A stretch of DNA of 64,000 nt from Octopus vulgaris (taxonomy: Eukaryota): the NCBI GenBank assembly GCA_951406725.2, contig OX597841.1, positions 28,334,001 through 28,398,000 of the forward strand, written 5' to 3'. This document shows, piece after piece, positions 13,774-26,900 of this stretch (positions are counted from its first letter, which is position 1; each line of letters opens with the position of its first letter). A program made the translations under genes and the position numbers. The notes under the pieces were generated by a model, which was not told where the DNA came from, did not search any database, and was given only the letters and a program-made list of their open reading frames with translations.

Positions 13774-14792
13774 TCCGCTTTCCATGCTAGCATGGGTTGG
13801 ACGGTTTGACTGTGGGCTGGCGAACCAGATGGCTGCACCAGGCTCCAGTCTTGATCTGGCAGAGTTTCTACAGCTGGATGCCCTTCCTAACGCCAACCAC
13901 TCCGAGAGTGTAGTGGGTGCTTTTACATGCCACCAGCACGGGGGCCAGTCAGCCGGTACTGGCAACAACCTCACTCGAATTTTTTTTTTTTCACACATAC
14001 CAACGGCACAGGTGCCAGTAAGGCGATGCTGGCAACGATCCTGCTCGAATGGTGCCTCCTACATGCCACCGGCACGGAAGCCAGTTAGCCACTCTGGCAA
14101 CAATCACGCTCGGATGGTGCTCTTAGCACCCTACTAGCACGGGGCACAAGTGCCAGTAAGGTGAGGCTGGCAACGATCACACTCGAATGGTGCCTTTTAT
14201 GTGCCACCGGCACGGAAGCCAGTTAGCCGCTCTGTCAACAATCATGCTCGTATGGTGCTCATGCCCGTCATCGAATTTCACTTTGATTTTGATTTCAATT
14301 TCACTTGCCTCAACAGGTTTTCGCAAGCAGAGTTTAGTGTCCAAAGAAGGAAAAGGTACGCATAAGTGGGCTGCTTACACTCCTGGCACAGGCCACGAGG
14401 TTATGGTCTCATTTGGCTTGCCGGGTCTTCTCAAGCACAGCATATTTCCAAAGGTGTATGTATGTACATGCGTGCACACGCGATTGCTGTGAGCTTTTTT
14501 TACCTTTTTACTTTCTCCCCTTTGGGTTTTTTTCCCTTTATTTAACGGTCATTCTAATAGCTCTTTAGTTTGTCTTAATAACGGTCATTTACATAGTAAT
14601 TTCCCTTCGTTTAACCGTCATTTTCATAGCATTTTTTTTTATTGTCCTAACCACTGAGCCATTGCGCCCCCATAGTCCTAGATATACTATACCTGAATAA
14701 ATACAGGATAGTGACATCTATTGTCCTATATATACTCTCTGAATAAAGTCTGGATGATCATGGCTGGAACTTTTTTGATCAAAGGTCTGTTA

Positions 14793-15325
14793 GATCAGGA
14801 CTGACCAAGGGCTAAACAACAAGGAACGGCACATTTGATAATGTAGTCCAAGATACACTATGTCAGAATTAAAGGCATGATGGTTGCAGCTAGAACACAT
14901 TTTATCATTGGTCAACTGGATCAGGACTGACCGAGGGCTAAACAACAAGGAAAGGCACATTGGATAATGTACTCTTAGATACACTATATCAGAATTAAAG
15001 GCATGATGGTTGCAGTTAGAACACATTTTATCATAGGTCAACTGGAGCAGGACTGACCGAGGGCTAAACAACAAGGAAATGCACATTGGATAAGGTAGTC
15101 CAAGATATACTATGTCAGAATTGAAGGCATGATGGTTGCAGTTAGAACACATTTTATCATAGGTCAACTGGATCAGGACTGACCAAGGGCTAAACAACAA
15201 GGAAGGACACATTAGATAATGTACTCCTAGATACACTATGTCAGAATAAAAGATGATGTTGTATTTAGAACCTCTATGATTATAGAGGTCTGCTGGATCA
15301 GGGTTGACCTAGGGCTAAATAATAA
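14793..15325. repeat. Diverged tandem repeat, ~4.3 x 126 bp
   Basis: gatcaggactgacc.agggctaaacaacaagg at 14793, 14919, 15045, 15171 and a partial copy at 15296. Confidence 0.9.
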
Positions 15326-15337
15326 GAGCAACGAATA

Positions 15338-15833
15338 TCTTTATATATAAAAGTCAAGTTGTGTGTCTGTCTCCTACGATTTAGATTCCTAACTACTCCC
15401 ACATTTTGCGGAGCAGTTTAACCAAAACCAGGTATCTTATAGTCGTGATTCATATCGAGCCCTTCTGGGTATTAGCGCGCGTCTACGATGAGTCAACGAT
15501 TTAAAAAAAATTTACCATCATTTTTTTCCATTTTAAAGCATTTTTTCGCTATTATATAAGGGAACTAACTCTCTAAAAATGTCTACGATGAATCAACGAT
15601 TTAAAAAAAAAATTACCATCATTTTTTCCATTTTAATGCATTTTTTCGCTATTATATAAGGGAAGTAACTCTCTAAAAATATCTACGATGAGTCAATGAT
15701 TTAAAAAAAAATTTACCATAATTTTTTTTCCATTTTTAATGCATTTTTTTGCTATTTTTGGCTATAACTCTCTAAAAATGCTTATATAGTTATTTCCCTT
15801 ACAAACCCAAGCAACGCCGGGCGATACTGCTAG
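15338..15833 (+). mobile_element. Non-autonomous Helitron-like element with internal ~110-bp repeats
   Basis: 5' TCtttatatataaaag. 3' hairpin cccaagcaacgccggg followed by CTAG|t. No TSD. Confidence 0.75.
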
Positions 15834-15861
15834 TGTATATTAAAATAAAGTGTATACCCAC

Positions 15862-17842
15862 CATCTTTCTGTTTCGTTTTGGTCTGGTCAACGTCCACCT
15901 TGGCTTTCTTGCTGGAACTTTTGCCGCTACTTCCACCGGAGCTGGCACTGGTCCCCGAGCTGGACTTCTTAGATTTTGGGGTTGCTGCGTGCTTTGAACC
16001 GGAGCCATGCTGTTCTGCAATTACCAGGCTTGGTTCGTCGGTGAAGTCGTATTTACTGAGGTCAGTGGTGGTCTCTGCTTTCGCCTTGACCTTCACCGTC
16101 CCGGAGGCGTGACCTGGAGACTTTTGTGAGCCCCCGCCGCTCGTCGCCTTCACGGAGCCGGTCTGGCCGCCTTTGACCGCCGGCGTTGCCGTGGCAGCGC
16201 CGGCCTTTGCGGACGCGAGGGCAGCGCTGTTCTTCTTCTTCTTCACTTTCTTCGTCTTCTTTTCGGGCACGTCTAGCGACGATGACGATGACAGGAATAG
16301 GGATGTTGCCGACGATAAAGATGACATGGCTTTCTTTATTGGGGGAAGAAGGGATTGTGGCTTTGATGATGATGATGATGATGGTGACGAGGATGACGAT
16401 AATGCTGGTTGTTGTTGCTGTGGGGCTTGTGGCTGTGCTGATGATGATGATGTTGCTGCTGCCGCTGACGATGATGAGGAGGAAGACGATGGGGCTTTTG
16501 TCGATAAACCAGTGGATGACTTTGGGGTTGCTGAACTCTTTGTTGAGGAACCTTTCTGTTTACCACTCACAGGGGTCCCTCCTGTAGACTTGCTCTGAGC
16601 CGAGCTCCCTTTCGTGCTCACGGTCTTCTTAACAGTAATGATTTTCGTAGGGGGCAACGAAGCCTTTGGGACAGGGACAACTTTGATGTTGGAATCAACA
16701 GGCTTGACAAGGGTGCTGGTACTCGAAGGAGTGGTCGTCGAGGTGGTGGGGATAGGGATCGGTATGGTCTTTACCTCGGCAACAGATTTATCAATGGGCT
16801 TCACTTTCGGCAGCTCCTTTGTGTCGGGGATCACTTTTGTGCCGGGAATGGTCTTCGGGGCCGGCGTTGAGATCACGCGGGGGCTGGGGTTCAGTTTTGG
16901 GATGACTATCGACTTGGTGACTGCCACTTTCCTTGATCCCGTCGTGTTTGAAATGGGCACTGGTTTTGGAATAGGGATAACCTTTGGCACGGGTACAGGA
17001 ATTATGGAAGGGATTGTGGCGATGGAAGTCTTGCTGCTGCTTGATAGTGACTTCGCCTCAACGATGGTCTTCGGAATTGTTGGCACATGGTTATCTGAAG
17101 ATTTCTTCTTGTCACTTCCACTACTAGCAGTGCCACCACTGCTCAAAGACTTAACAGAACTTTTGTCCTTAGGGGACAGAATGAACTTCATCTTCAAACT
17201 GCCATCCTTCGAACCTCCGCTGTCTGAATGAACTGTTGTGGCTGTCTCCCCAGACAGTTTTGAACTCGCGGTGGAGCTTGTGTTTGAAGCACTCACAGCA
17301 CTGGATGCTGACGACAGCAAGGAACCCGATCCAACCATCAGTCGGAACTTCAGGTCCTGTTCGCCCTTCTTTCTCCCTGACTTGCCAGATGAAGTACTGG
17401 TGAGGGACTTCAAAAGAGAAATGTTGTCCGCTGCTTTTGACTTGGTTGATTTAGGGGTCTTTTTCACCAAGGAAATCTGCTCGCTCAGCAAGCTTGTGTC
17501 TGACTTATCTTTGCCCTTTGTCGAGGAGTGACCGACGCTGCTGCCCAGCAGCGATGTAGAGGCCGGCTGCATTGGTGAACTCAGCAGGAATTTGATGACG
17601 CTGCCCTTTGGAGAAGTTTCATCAGAGCTTTTCGGGGAGATCACAGAACCAGTTTGGCCAAGTTCTTTCGATTTGGAGGGTTTCAACTTTTTGGGACTGA
17701 CAGGGGATGTTGAAGGGGTACCTCCAAGCTGACTCTTTCCTTTCTTTAGGGGTTCCGTTGGCATTTTTTTGGTGGTGGTCTGCTTCTTCTCAATTTCTTC
17801 AAACTCCTCCATTTCTCGAAGTTTCGTCGATTTCTTCCTCAC
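15862..17842 (-). CDS. HMGXB4: HMGXB4-like coding exon 3, 1981 nt, S/K/P/T-rich low-complexity region
   Basis: Lies within the 677-aa ORF. tttcag|GTG acceptor and GAT G|gtgggt donor (phase 1). Contains GSLKMKFILSPKDK, resembling the vertebrate HMGXB4 LKMKLILSPKEK motif. Confidence 0.9.
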
Positions 17843-18199
17843 CTGAAACACAACATCAATCACTAATTAACAAAAGGTGACAATTAACGAAGGCCACTAG
17901 TAAGAAAAGGCAAAGGCTACCGATCAACAGAGGTCGAGGGCTACCAATCAAGGGAGGTCAAAGGTTACCAATCAAAGAAGGTCGAAGGTTACCAATTTTT
18001 GAAGGTCAGTAATACAAACAAAATGCAGAACATTATTACATGATATTAATACCCTGTCGTTGCATTTCTGCTGAATTACACTGTCTTTGCTTCAATAAAT
18101 TTTCGAAATAATAAAGAATTTAGTAAAATAACTGTCATTCTTAAGTTAGTATTTAGAATATAAATTAACTTCAAATATGTATACACATTCATACATACA

Positions 18200-18705
18200 T
18201 CTATATATATATATAAAACTGTAGTTGTGTGAGTGTCTGTCCCCTTCGATTTAGATTCCTAACTACTCCCACATTTTGCGGTGCAGTTTAACCAAATTCG
18301 GGTATCTTATAGTCGTGATTCATATCGAGCCCGTCTGGGTATTAGCGCGCGTCTACGATGAGTCTACGATTTTAGAAATTATTTAACATCATTTTTTATT
18401 CCATTTTAATGCATATTTTTTCGTGTGTCGATGGCGGCGGAGTTGGCGTCCATGGTCACACCTGCACCTGTTTGCTTCTCCCCCTTCTTCCCTCCCTCGT
18501 GAAGCTGTGGGGAAGGGAGTGTAAGGAAATCAACGTCGTAAAGCGTTGTCAAGGAGACCAGCGTTCTTTTAGAACAACGACTTCATGGCTTGAAGACACC
18601 AAAACAGAAATGGCTAAGAAAGCCCGAATTGGCATCTATAAGGGAAGTAACTCTCTAAAAATGCTTATATAGTTATTTCCCTTACAAACCCGAGCGATAC
18701 TGCTA

Positions 18706-18706
<1 letters not shown>
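18200..18706 (+). mobile_element. Second copy of the same Helitron-like family
   Basis: 5' TCtatatatatat and 3' gatactgCTAG|t. Shares the gatttagattcctaactactccc block with 15338-15833. Confidence 0.75.
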
Positions 18707-18767
<61 letters not shown>

Positions 18768-18771
18768 CTTT

Positions 18772-19052
18772 AAAATGTTTTAGCCCGAAGGCCACGGCCA
18801 TGCTAGGGCACCACCGCTGAATGAGCTAAACTAATATGTGAATCCACCTCTGATACGTGGCACTTGGTCAACAAGGGAGTTCGATGCCGCTGCCCGCATC
18901 TGTGTCTTCTGTCGTGAGGTAGGTTCATCTGGGACCCCCGACAAGAAGAGATCCAGTTTAGTTTAAAAGAAACCCACATCCACACCATGCAAGTCTCTCA
19001 GGCATTTAGGGAGCATGTTAAAGAGCTGTGGTCCTCTGAAACCCAAGCTGTA
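18772..19052 (-). mobile_element. CR1/L2-group LINE 3' end fragment
   Basis: SLGFRGPQLFNMLPKCLRDL, then (frameshifted) KLDLFLSGVPDEP...SNSL, then a short tail ggtggtgccctagcatggcc plus hairpin. Confidence 0.75.
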
Positions 19053-19132
19053 TACTATATTTTGTGAAATTTGATTTAGTATTTCTAAATTGAATTTTTC
19101 CCTGTAAGTTTGGAATAATATTCCCTCATATG

Positions 19133-19202
19133 GCCGGATAACTGAAGAGATGGTGGCGTGGATTTCCACCTCGGCATCCGAACCTCGGAGTTTTATCTTG
19201 GC
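19133..19202 (+). ncRNA. Degenerate type I hammerhead-like motif
   Basis: gccggataa CTGAAGA gatg..catcc GAAC ctcggag TT ttatcttggc. Stem I pairs, but GAAA reads GAAC. Confidence 0.45.
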
Positions 19203-19599
19203 TACCGAATAATTGTCACATATTACATTTACAGATAACTTCCTCTATTTACATAATATCGAGGTCTCTTTCTTTCTTTTGTTATCTTACGGTTTTTATC
19301 ATCATCATCATCATCATCGTTTAACGTCCGCTTTCCATGCTAGCATGGGTTGGACGGTTCAACTGGGGTCTGGCAAGCCCGAAGGCTGCACCAGGCCAGT
19401 CAGATCTGGCAGTGTTTCTACAGCTGGATGCCCTTCCTAACGCCAACCACTCCGAGAGTGTAGTGGGTGATTTTATGTGCCACCGACACAGGTGCCAGAC
19501 GAGGCTGGCAGACGGCCACGCTCGGATGGTGTTTTTTATGTGCCACCGACACAGGTGCCAGACGAGGCTGGTTGACGGCCACGCTCGGATGGTTTTTAT

Positions 19600-19646
<47 letters not shown>

Positions 19647-19847
19647 TATATATTTATACATATTATATATATTATATACATATATATATATATATATATA
19701 TCTATATAGCTATCGATACATATCTATATCTAGCTATCTTTTTCGCTACTTGGTAAAATTATTGATTGATTGATTAAGTAATTAACTAATTTACCCTTTT
19801 ATTATTAATATCTATATCTATATATACATATATATATATTATATATC

Positions 19848-19889
<42 letters not shown>

Positions 19890-21813
19890 ATATGTATGTA
19901 CATGTGTGTGTGTGTATATATATATATATAGATAGATAGGTATGTATGCATGCATATTCTATTAATTGTTTAAGTCATTTGACAGCGGCTATGCTGGAGC
20001 ATCGCCTTCAGTCGAACAAACTGACCCCAAAACTTATTCTTTGTAAGACTAGTATGAAGAGCAAGCCTTCTGCCATCATACTCTCAGTTTTGGTCACCTT
20101 GCGTCGCAGGGTCTCAGAGGAGATAGTGTTAGTTGAAGGCTACCAAACCTGCCATACACAGACAACTTCAGCTTTATAAATAGTAAATAAATAGGGATTT
20201 TCATAGAAAAAAATCACCTTTTTGATGTAAATAAATTTTGGTCTTAACATAGTCCAATTTGAATTTTATCTTCTACGGAATGAAGAGCAAGCCTTCTTCT
20301 ATCATACTCTCAATTTTGGTCACCTTGCGCCGCAGGGTCTCGGAGGAGATAGTGTTAGTTGAAGGCTACCAAACCAGCCATACAAACACACACACAAACA
20401 GACAACTTCAGCTTTATATGTACAGATTTTATTGTGTTGTTTCACATTAATATCAATCAACTACAAGGGTTTCAAACTGCTCAGCAATCATCATCATTAA
20501 GTGTCCGCCTTCCATGCTAGCATGGGGTGGACAGTTCAACTGGGGTCTGGGAAGCCAGAAGGCTGCACCAGGCTCCAGTCTGATCTGGCAGTGTTTCCAC
20601 GGCTGGATGCCCTTCCTAACACCAACCACTCCGTGAGTGTAGTGGGTGCTTTTTACGTGCCAGACGGGGCTGGCAACGGCCACGATCGGATGGTGCTTTT
20701 TACGTGCCACCGGAACTGGGGCCAGGTGAGGCTGGCAACGGCCACGATCGGATGGTGCTTTTTACGTGCCACCGGAACTGGGGCCAGGTGAGGCTGGCAA
20801 TGGCCACGATCGGATGGTGCTTTTTACGTACCACCGGCACAGAGGCCCGTCGGGGCAGCGCTGACAACGGCCATGTTCAGATGGTTCGCTTACGTGCCAC
20901 CGGCACTGGTATCACAGCTACAATTTCCATTCATGTTGATCGATTTCAATTTCAGCAATGATAGCAAATATATCCTGAACCAACAGAATGAGGACATTTT
21001 GCGTAATACTAAATCTCTAAATATTTTTGTATTGGGGTTTGTAAACACCCCGTGTGACTAACCATGTTCGGAAAGTTTGGGTGACTAACGAAGGGTTAAG
21101 AACAATATTATTGTTCTGAGGTTGCGCCTGTAATTGAAAAAAGTATTATAAAAGGAGAAAGGGGCTCTCTACCCCACTTTTTGACCAGGCTCCCGTGGCT
21201 TTTATGGGTTTTTCCACATCAGACCTTTCCTTTTTTCGAAGCGTCTCCTCTATTGGGAGTTTTTCGTTGTTAAAATTTTTGAATGTTAAACTGCTTTTTA
21301 CTTGTTTTTTTTTTTTTCAAAAACGGACAAAACCCTTTGTAACCTTTCATCCTGTTTTGTCCCTTTATGTTTTCCAATCATGTTTGTCAGCCCTTGTGGC
21401 CAATAAAAAGAATTAATTATTATTATTATTACTCTTTTACTTGTTTCAGTCATTTGACTGCGGCCATGCTGGAGCACCGCCTTTAGTCGAGCAACTCGAC
21501 CCCGGGACTTATTCTTTGTAAGCCCAGTACTTATTCTAGCGGTCTCTTTTTGCCGAACCGCTAAGTGACGGGGACCTAAACACACCAGCATCGGTTGTCA
21601 AGCAATGCTAGGGGGACAAACACAGACACACACACATATATACATATACATGACGGGCTTCTTTCAGTTTCCGTCTACCAAATCCACTCACAAGGCTTTG
21701 GTCGGCCCGAGGCTATAGTAGAAGACACTTGCCCAAGGTGCCACGCAGTGGGATTGAACCCGGAACCATGTGGTTGGTAAGCAAGCTACTTACCACACAG
21801 CCACTCCTGCGCC

Positions 21814-21852
<39 letters not shown>

Positions 21853-22019
21853 AAGAAGAGTGCCATTATCATCTAGTGAATGATATTTCGACATCTCGTG
21901 TGTCTTCAACTGGTTCAAAAAATATATTTGTCAATCTACTTCATTTTGGTTGATATAGAAAGGGTTGAGGTAACTCCTCCAGAAGATATAGAGTCAAAAT
22001 TAAAAGAAGAGTGCCATTC

Positions 22020-22406
22020 TGTCCCTTAGTGGCTGACGATATGTGCATCTCTGATCACGAGCAGAAGTAGTGGGGGAGCATCATAGCCATGTGTTGAGAG
22101 GGAATCTTTGGGGTTTGAATAATTCACCTCTGGAAACATGGGTGGTTCTTTCAACATCCTTAAACAACCCTTATTCAAGGACCTTTTGAGTGGGATGGGT
22201 TACTCAACCTGAAGAAAATTCTAACTGGGCCCCACCTGCAAGGTCATGTGCTGTTTACCTTGATATGAGATCACCATGTCGCGCACATATGGTTGTGATG
22301 CATGTGCCTGGTGTACCCTTATCAGACGGGTAGTCATGATGGGTATATTGGGCTTCGTATATTTTACCCCAGTGTCACTTTGATGGCATGAACTGCTCTC
22401 TCACTC

Positions 22407-22442
<36 letters not shown>

Positions 22443-22924
22443 CATCATCGTTTAGCATCCGCTTTCCATGCTAGCATGGGTTGGATGGTTCAACTGGGGT
22501 CTGGGAAGCCAGGAGGCTGCGCCAGGCCCAGTCTAATCTGGCAGTGTTTCTACAGCTGGATGCCCTTCCTAATGCCAACCACTCCGTGAGTGTAGTGGGT
22601 GCTTTTTACGTGCCACCTGCACAGGTGCCAGACAAAGCTGGCAAACGGCCACGATCAGATGGTGCTTTTTACGTGCCACCTGCACAGGGCCAGACGAGGC
22701 TGGCAACGGCCACAATTGGATAATAATAATAATGATAATTCTTTCTACTGTATGCACAAGGCCTGAAATTCGCAGGGAAGGGGTTAGTAGATTTTATCGA
22801 CCCCAGTATTCAACTGGTACTTATTTTATTGACCCCCGCCAAAAGGATGAAAGGCAAAGTCGACCTCAGCGGAACTGCCTTTGTCATAATTAAAAAAAAA
22901 AGTTGTAATAATAATAATATTAAT

Positions 22925-22964
<40 letters not shown>

Positions 22965-23700
22965 GCCCTGACGCAGTACCAGGCAGTGGCTCTCATCTTA
23001 ACTGATTGGAAGTGTTATCATGTACATTGCTTTGTCTTGGTATAAAAGATGGGCTACAGCAAATATTCTGCTCAATACCACAGATTTGCTTGTCAGTTGT
23101 TTGACCTTAACCAGTTGAGCATGTCCCTTGGTGGCTGACGATAAGTGCATCTCTGATCATGAGCGGAAGTAGTGGGGGAGCATCATAGCCATGTCGAGAG
23201 GGATTCTTTGGAGTTTGAATAATTCACCTCTGGAGACATGGGTGGTTCTTTCAACATCCTTAAACAACCCTTATTCAGGGACCTTTTGAGCGGGATGGGC
23301 TACTCAACCTGAAGAAAATTCTAACTGGGCCCCACCTGCAAGGTCATGTGCTGTTTATCTTGATATGAGATCATCATGTCACGCACATATGGTTGTGATG
23401 CATGTGCCTGGTGTACCCTTATCAGACGGGTAGTCATGATGGGTATACCGGGCTTCGTATATTTTACCCCAGTGTCACTTTGATGGCATGCACTGCTCTC
23501 TCACTCAATAATAATAATAATAATAATGATAATTCTTTCTACTGTACGCACAAGGCCTGGAATTCGCAGGGAAGGGGTTAGTAGATTTTATCGACCCCAG
23601 TATTCAACTGGTACTTATTTTATTGACCCCCGCCAAAAGGATGAAAGGCCAAGTCGACCTCAGCAGAACTGCCTTTGTCATAATTAAAAAAAAAAATAGT
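22020..23700. repeat. Local direct duplication (22020-22900 vs 23122-23700)
   Basis: Shared ~390-bp repeat, (AAT)n and ~170-bp downstream block. Only the first copy has an insertion, at 22441-22720. Confidence 0.85.
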
Positions 23701-23792
23701 TGTATATATAGTTAAAAAACAAAACAAAACAAAAGGTCACATACATATGTACCACCAGGAAGTGCAAGTAGATCTGGTGCTGTAGTGCTTAC

Positions 23793-23887
23793 CCTTCCAG
23801 ATTTGGTCAGTTCCGATTCCCGAGACGCTTCATCATCAATGTCCTCAAATTTTAACATCTTCTTCTTAATTTTTGCCATACGAGCCA
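23793..23887 (-). CDS. HMGXB4: HMGXB4-like coding exon 2 (VARMAKIKKKMLKFEDIDDEASRESELTKSGR)
   Basis: tttcag acceptor and AGG|gtaag donor (phase 0). Reads ...KSGR|VRKKS into the large exon. An in-frame ATG at 23879 is a possible alternative start. Confidence 0.8.
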
Positions 23888-23997
23888 CTGAAAGAGGTAA
23901 AAAAATAAAAATAAAAAAAAACTGTGGAGGAGTCTGAGAAATAAAAGATACAGAAATGATGAGGATGATAACAACAACAACAACAACAACAACAATC

Positions 23998-26900
23998 GGG
24001 GATCTTTTCGGTTTGAATGGTACTTTTTAACCCTTTAGTGTTCGCATTATTCTGCCAAAATTTATGCTTTTTCATCCACATTGTTTTGAACTAATCATGC
24101 ATTATCTTGTAGTGATGAGATTTTGATGAGGAAGCTGTTAATTTCTAAAACGATATTGTAGGGTTGGTGTGAGAGACCAGATCTGGCCAGTTTGCACATA
24201 AAACAGGCAGAAAGATGGGCTACAGCTTGGGGATCTTTTTGGTTTGAATGGTAGTTTTTAACCCTTTAGTGTTCGCATTATTCTGCCAAAATTTATACTT
24301 TTTCATCCACATTGTTTTGAACTAATCATGCATTATCTTGTAGTGATGAGATTTTGATGAGGTAGCTGTTAATTTCTAAAACGATATTGTAGGGTTGGTG
24401 TGAGAGACCAGATCTGGCCAGTTTGCACATAAAACAGGCAGAAAGATGGGCTACAGCTTGGGGATCTTTTTGGTTTGAATGGTAGTTTTTAACCCTTTAG
24501 TGTTCGCATTATTCTGCCAAAATTTATGCTTTTTCATCCACATTGTTTTGAACTAATCATGCATTATCTTGTAGTGATGAGATTTTGATGAGGAAGCTGT
24601 TAATTTCTAAAACGATATTGTAGGGTTGGTGTGAGAGACCAGATCTGGCCAGTTTGCACATAAAACAGGCAGAAAGATGGGCTACAGCTTGGGGATCTTT
24701 TTGGTTTGAATGGTAGTTTTTAACCCTTTAGTGTTCGCATTATTCTGCCAAAATTTATGCTTTTTCATCCACATTGTTTTGAACTAATCATGCATTATCT
24801 TGTAGTGATGAGATTTTGATGAGGTAGCTGTTAATTTCTAAAACGATATTGTAGGGTTGGTGTGAGAGACCAGATCTGGCCAGTTTGCACATAAAACAGG
24901 CAGAAAGATGGGCTACAGCTTGGGGATCTTTTTGGTTTGAATGGTACTTTTTAACCCTTTAGTGTTCGCATTATTCTGCCAAAATTTATGCTTTTTCATC
25001 CACATTGTTTTGAACTAATCATGCATTATCTTGTAGTGATGAGATTTTGATGAGGAAGCTGTTAATTTCTAAAACGATATTGTAGGGTTGGTGTGAGAGA
25101 CCAGATCTGGCCAGTTTGCACATAAAACAGGCAGAAAGATGGGCTACAGCTTGGGGATCTTTTTGGTTTGAATGGTAGTTTTTAACCCTTTAGTGTTCGC
25201 ATTATTCTGCCAAAATTTATGCTTTTTCATCCACATTGTTTTGAACTAATCATGCATTATCTTGTAGTGATGAGATTTTGATGAGGAAGCTGTTAATTTC
25301 TAAAACGATATTGTAGGGTTGGTGTGAGAGACCAGATCTGGCCAGTTTGCACATAAAACAGGCAGAAAGATGGGCTACAGCTTGGGGATCTTTTTGGTTT
25401 GAATGGTAGTTTTTAACCCTTTAGTGTTCGCATTATTCTGCCAAAATTTATGCTTTTTCATCCACATTGTTTTGAACTAATCATGCATTATCTTGTAGTG
25501 ATGAGATTTTGATGAGGAAGCTGTTAATTTCTAAAACGATATTGTAGGGTTGGTGTGAGAGACCAGATCTGGCCAGTTTGCACATAAAACAGGCAGAAAG
25601 ATGGGCTACAGCTTGGGGATCTTTTTGGTTTGAATGGTAGTTTTTAACCCTTTAGTGTTCGCATTATTCTGCCAAAATTTATACTTTTTCATCCACATTG
25701 TTTTGAACTAATCATGCATTATCTTGTAGTGATGAGATTTTGATGAGGTAGCTGTTAATTTCTAAAACGATATTGTAGGGTTGGTGTGAGAGACCAGATC
25801 TGGCCAGTTTGCACATAAAACAGGCAGAAAGATGGGCTACAGCTTGGGGATCTTTTTGGTTTGAATGGTAGTTTTTAACCCTTTAGTGTTCGCATTATTC
25901 TGCCAAAATTTATGCTTTTTCATCCACATTGTTTTGAACTAATCATGCATTATCTTGTAGTGATGAGATTTTGATGAGGAAGCTGTTAATTTCTAAAACG
26001 ATATTGTAGGGTTGGTGTGAGAGACCAGATCTGGCCAGTTTGCACATAAAACAGGCAGAAAGATGGGCTACAGCTTGGGGATCTTTTTGGTTTGAATGGT
26101 AGTTTTTAACCCTTTAGTGTTCGCATTATTCTGCCAAAATTTATGCTTTTTCATCCACATTGTTTTGAACTAATCATGCATTATCTTGTAGTGATGAGAT
26201 TTTGATGAGGTAGCTGTTAATTTCTAAAACGATATTGTAGGGTTGGTGTGAGAGACCAGATCTGGCCAGTTTGCACATAAAACAGGCAGAAAGATGGGCT
26301 ACAGCTTGGGGATCTTTTTGGTTTGAATGGTAGTTTTTAACCCTTTAGTGTTCGCATTATTCTGCCAAAATTTATGCTTTTTCATCCACATTGTTTTGAA
26401 CTAATCATGCATTATCTTGTAGTGATGAGATTTTGATGAGGAAGCTGTTAATTTCTAAAACGATATTGTAGGGTTGGTGTGAGAGACCAGATCTGGCCAG
26501 TTTGCACATAAAACAGGCAGAAAGATGGGCTACAGCTTGGGGATCTTTTTGGTTTGAATGGTAGTTTTTAACCCTTTAGTGTTCGCATTATTCTGCCAAA
26601 ATTTATGCTTTTTCATCCACATTGTTTTGAACTAATCATGCATTATCTTGTAGTGATGAGATTTTGATGAGGAAGCTGTTAATTTCTAAAACGATATTGT
26701 AGGGTTGGTGTGAGAGACCAGATCTGGCCAGTTTGCACATAAAACAGGCAGAAAGATGGGCTACAGCTTGGGGATCTTTTTGGTTTGAATGGTAGTTTTT
26801 AACCCTTTAGTGTTCGCATTATTCTGCCAAAATTTATGCTTTTTCATCCACATTGTTTTGAACTAATCATGCATTATCTTGTAGTGATGAGATTTTGATG

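Noticed and set aside
15879-17531. Plus-strand ORFs overlapping the large exon
   Set aside because: Antisense shadows of the minus-strand coding exon.
21170-21292. Possible extra minus-strand HMGXB4 exon (LTFKNFNNEKLPIEETLRKK...)
   Set aside because: No pyrimidine tract, weak donor and incompatible phase. Exons 2 and 3 already join in frame, so this is more likely a retroelement remnant.
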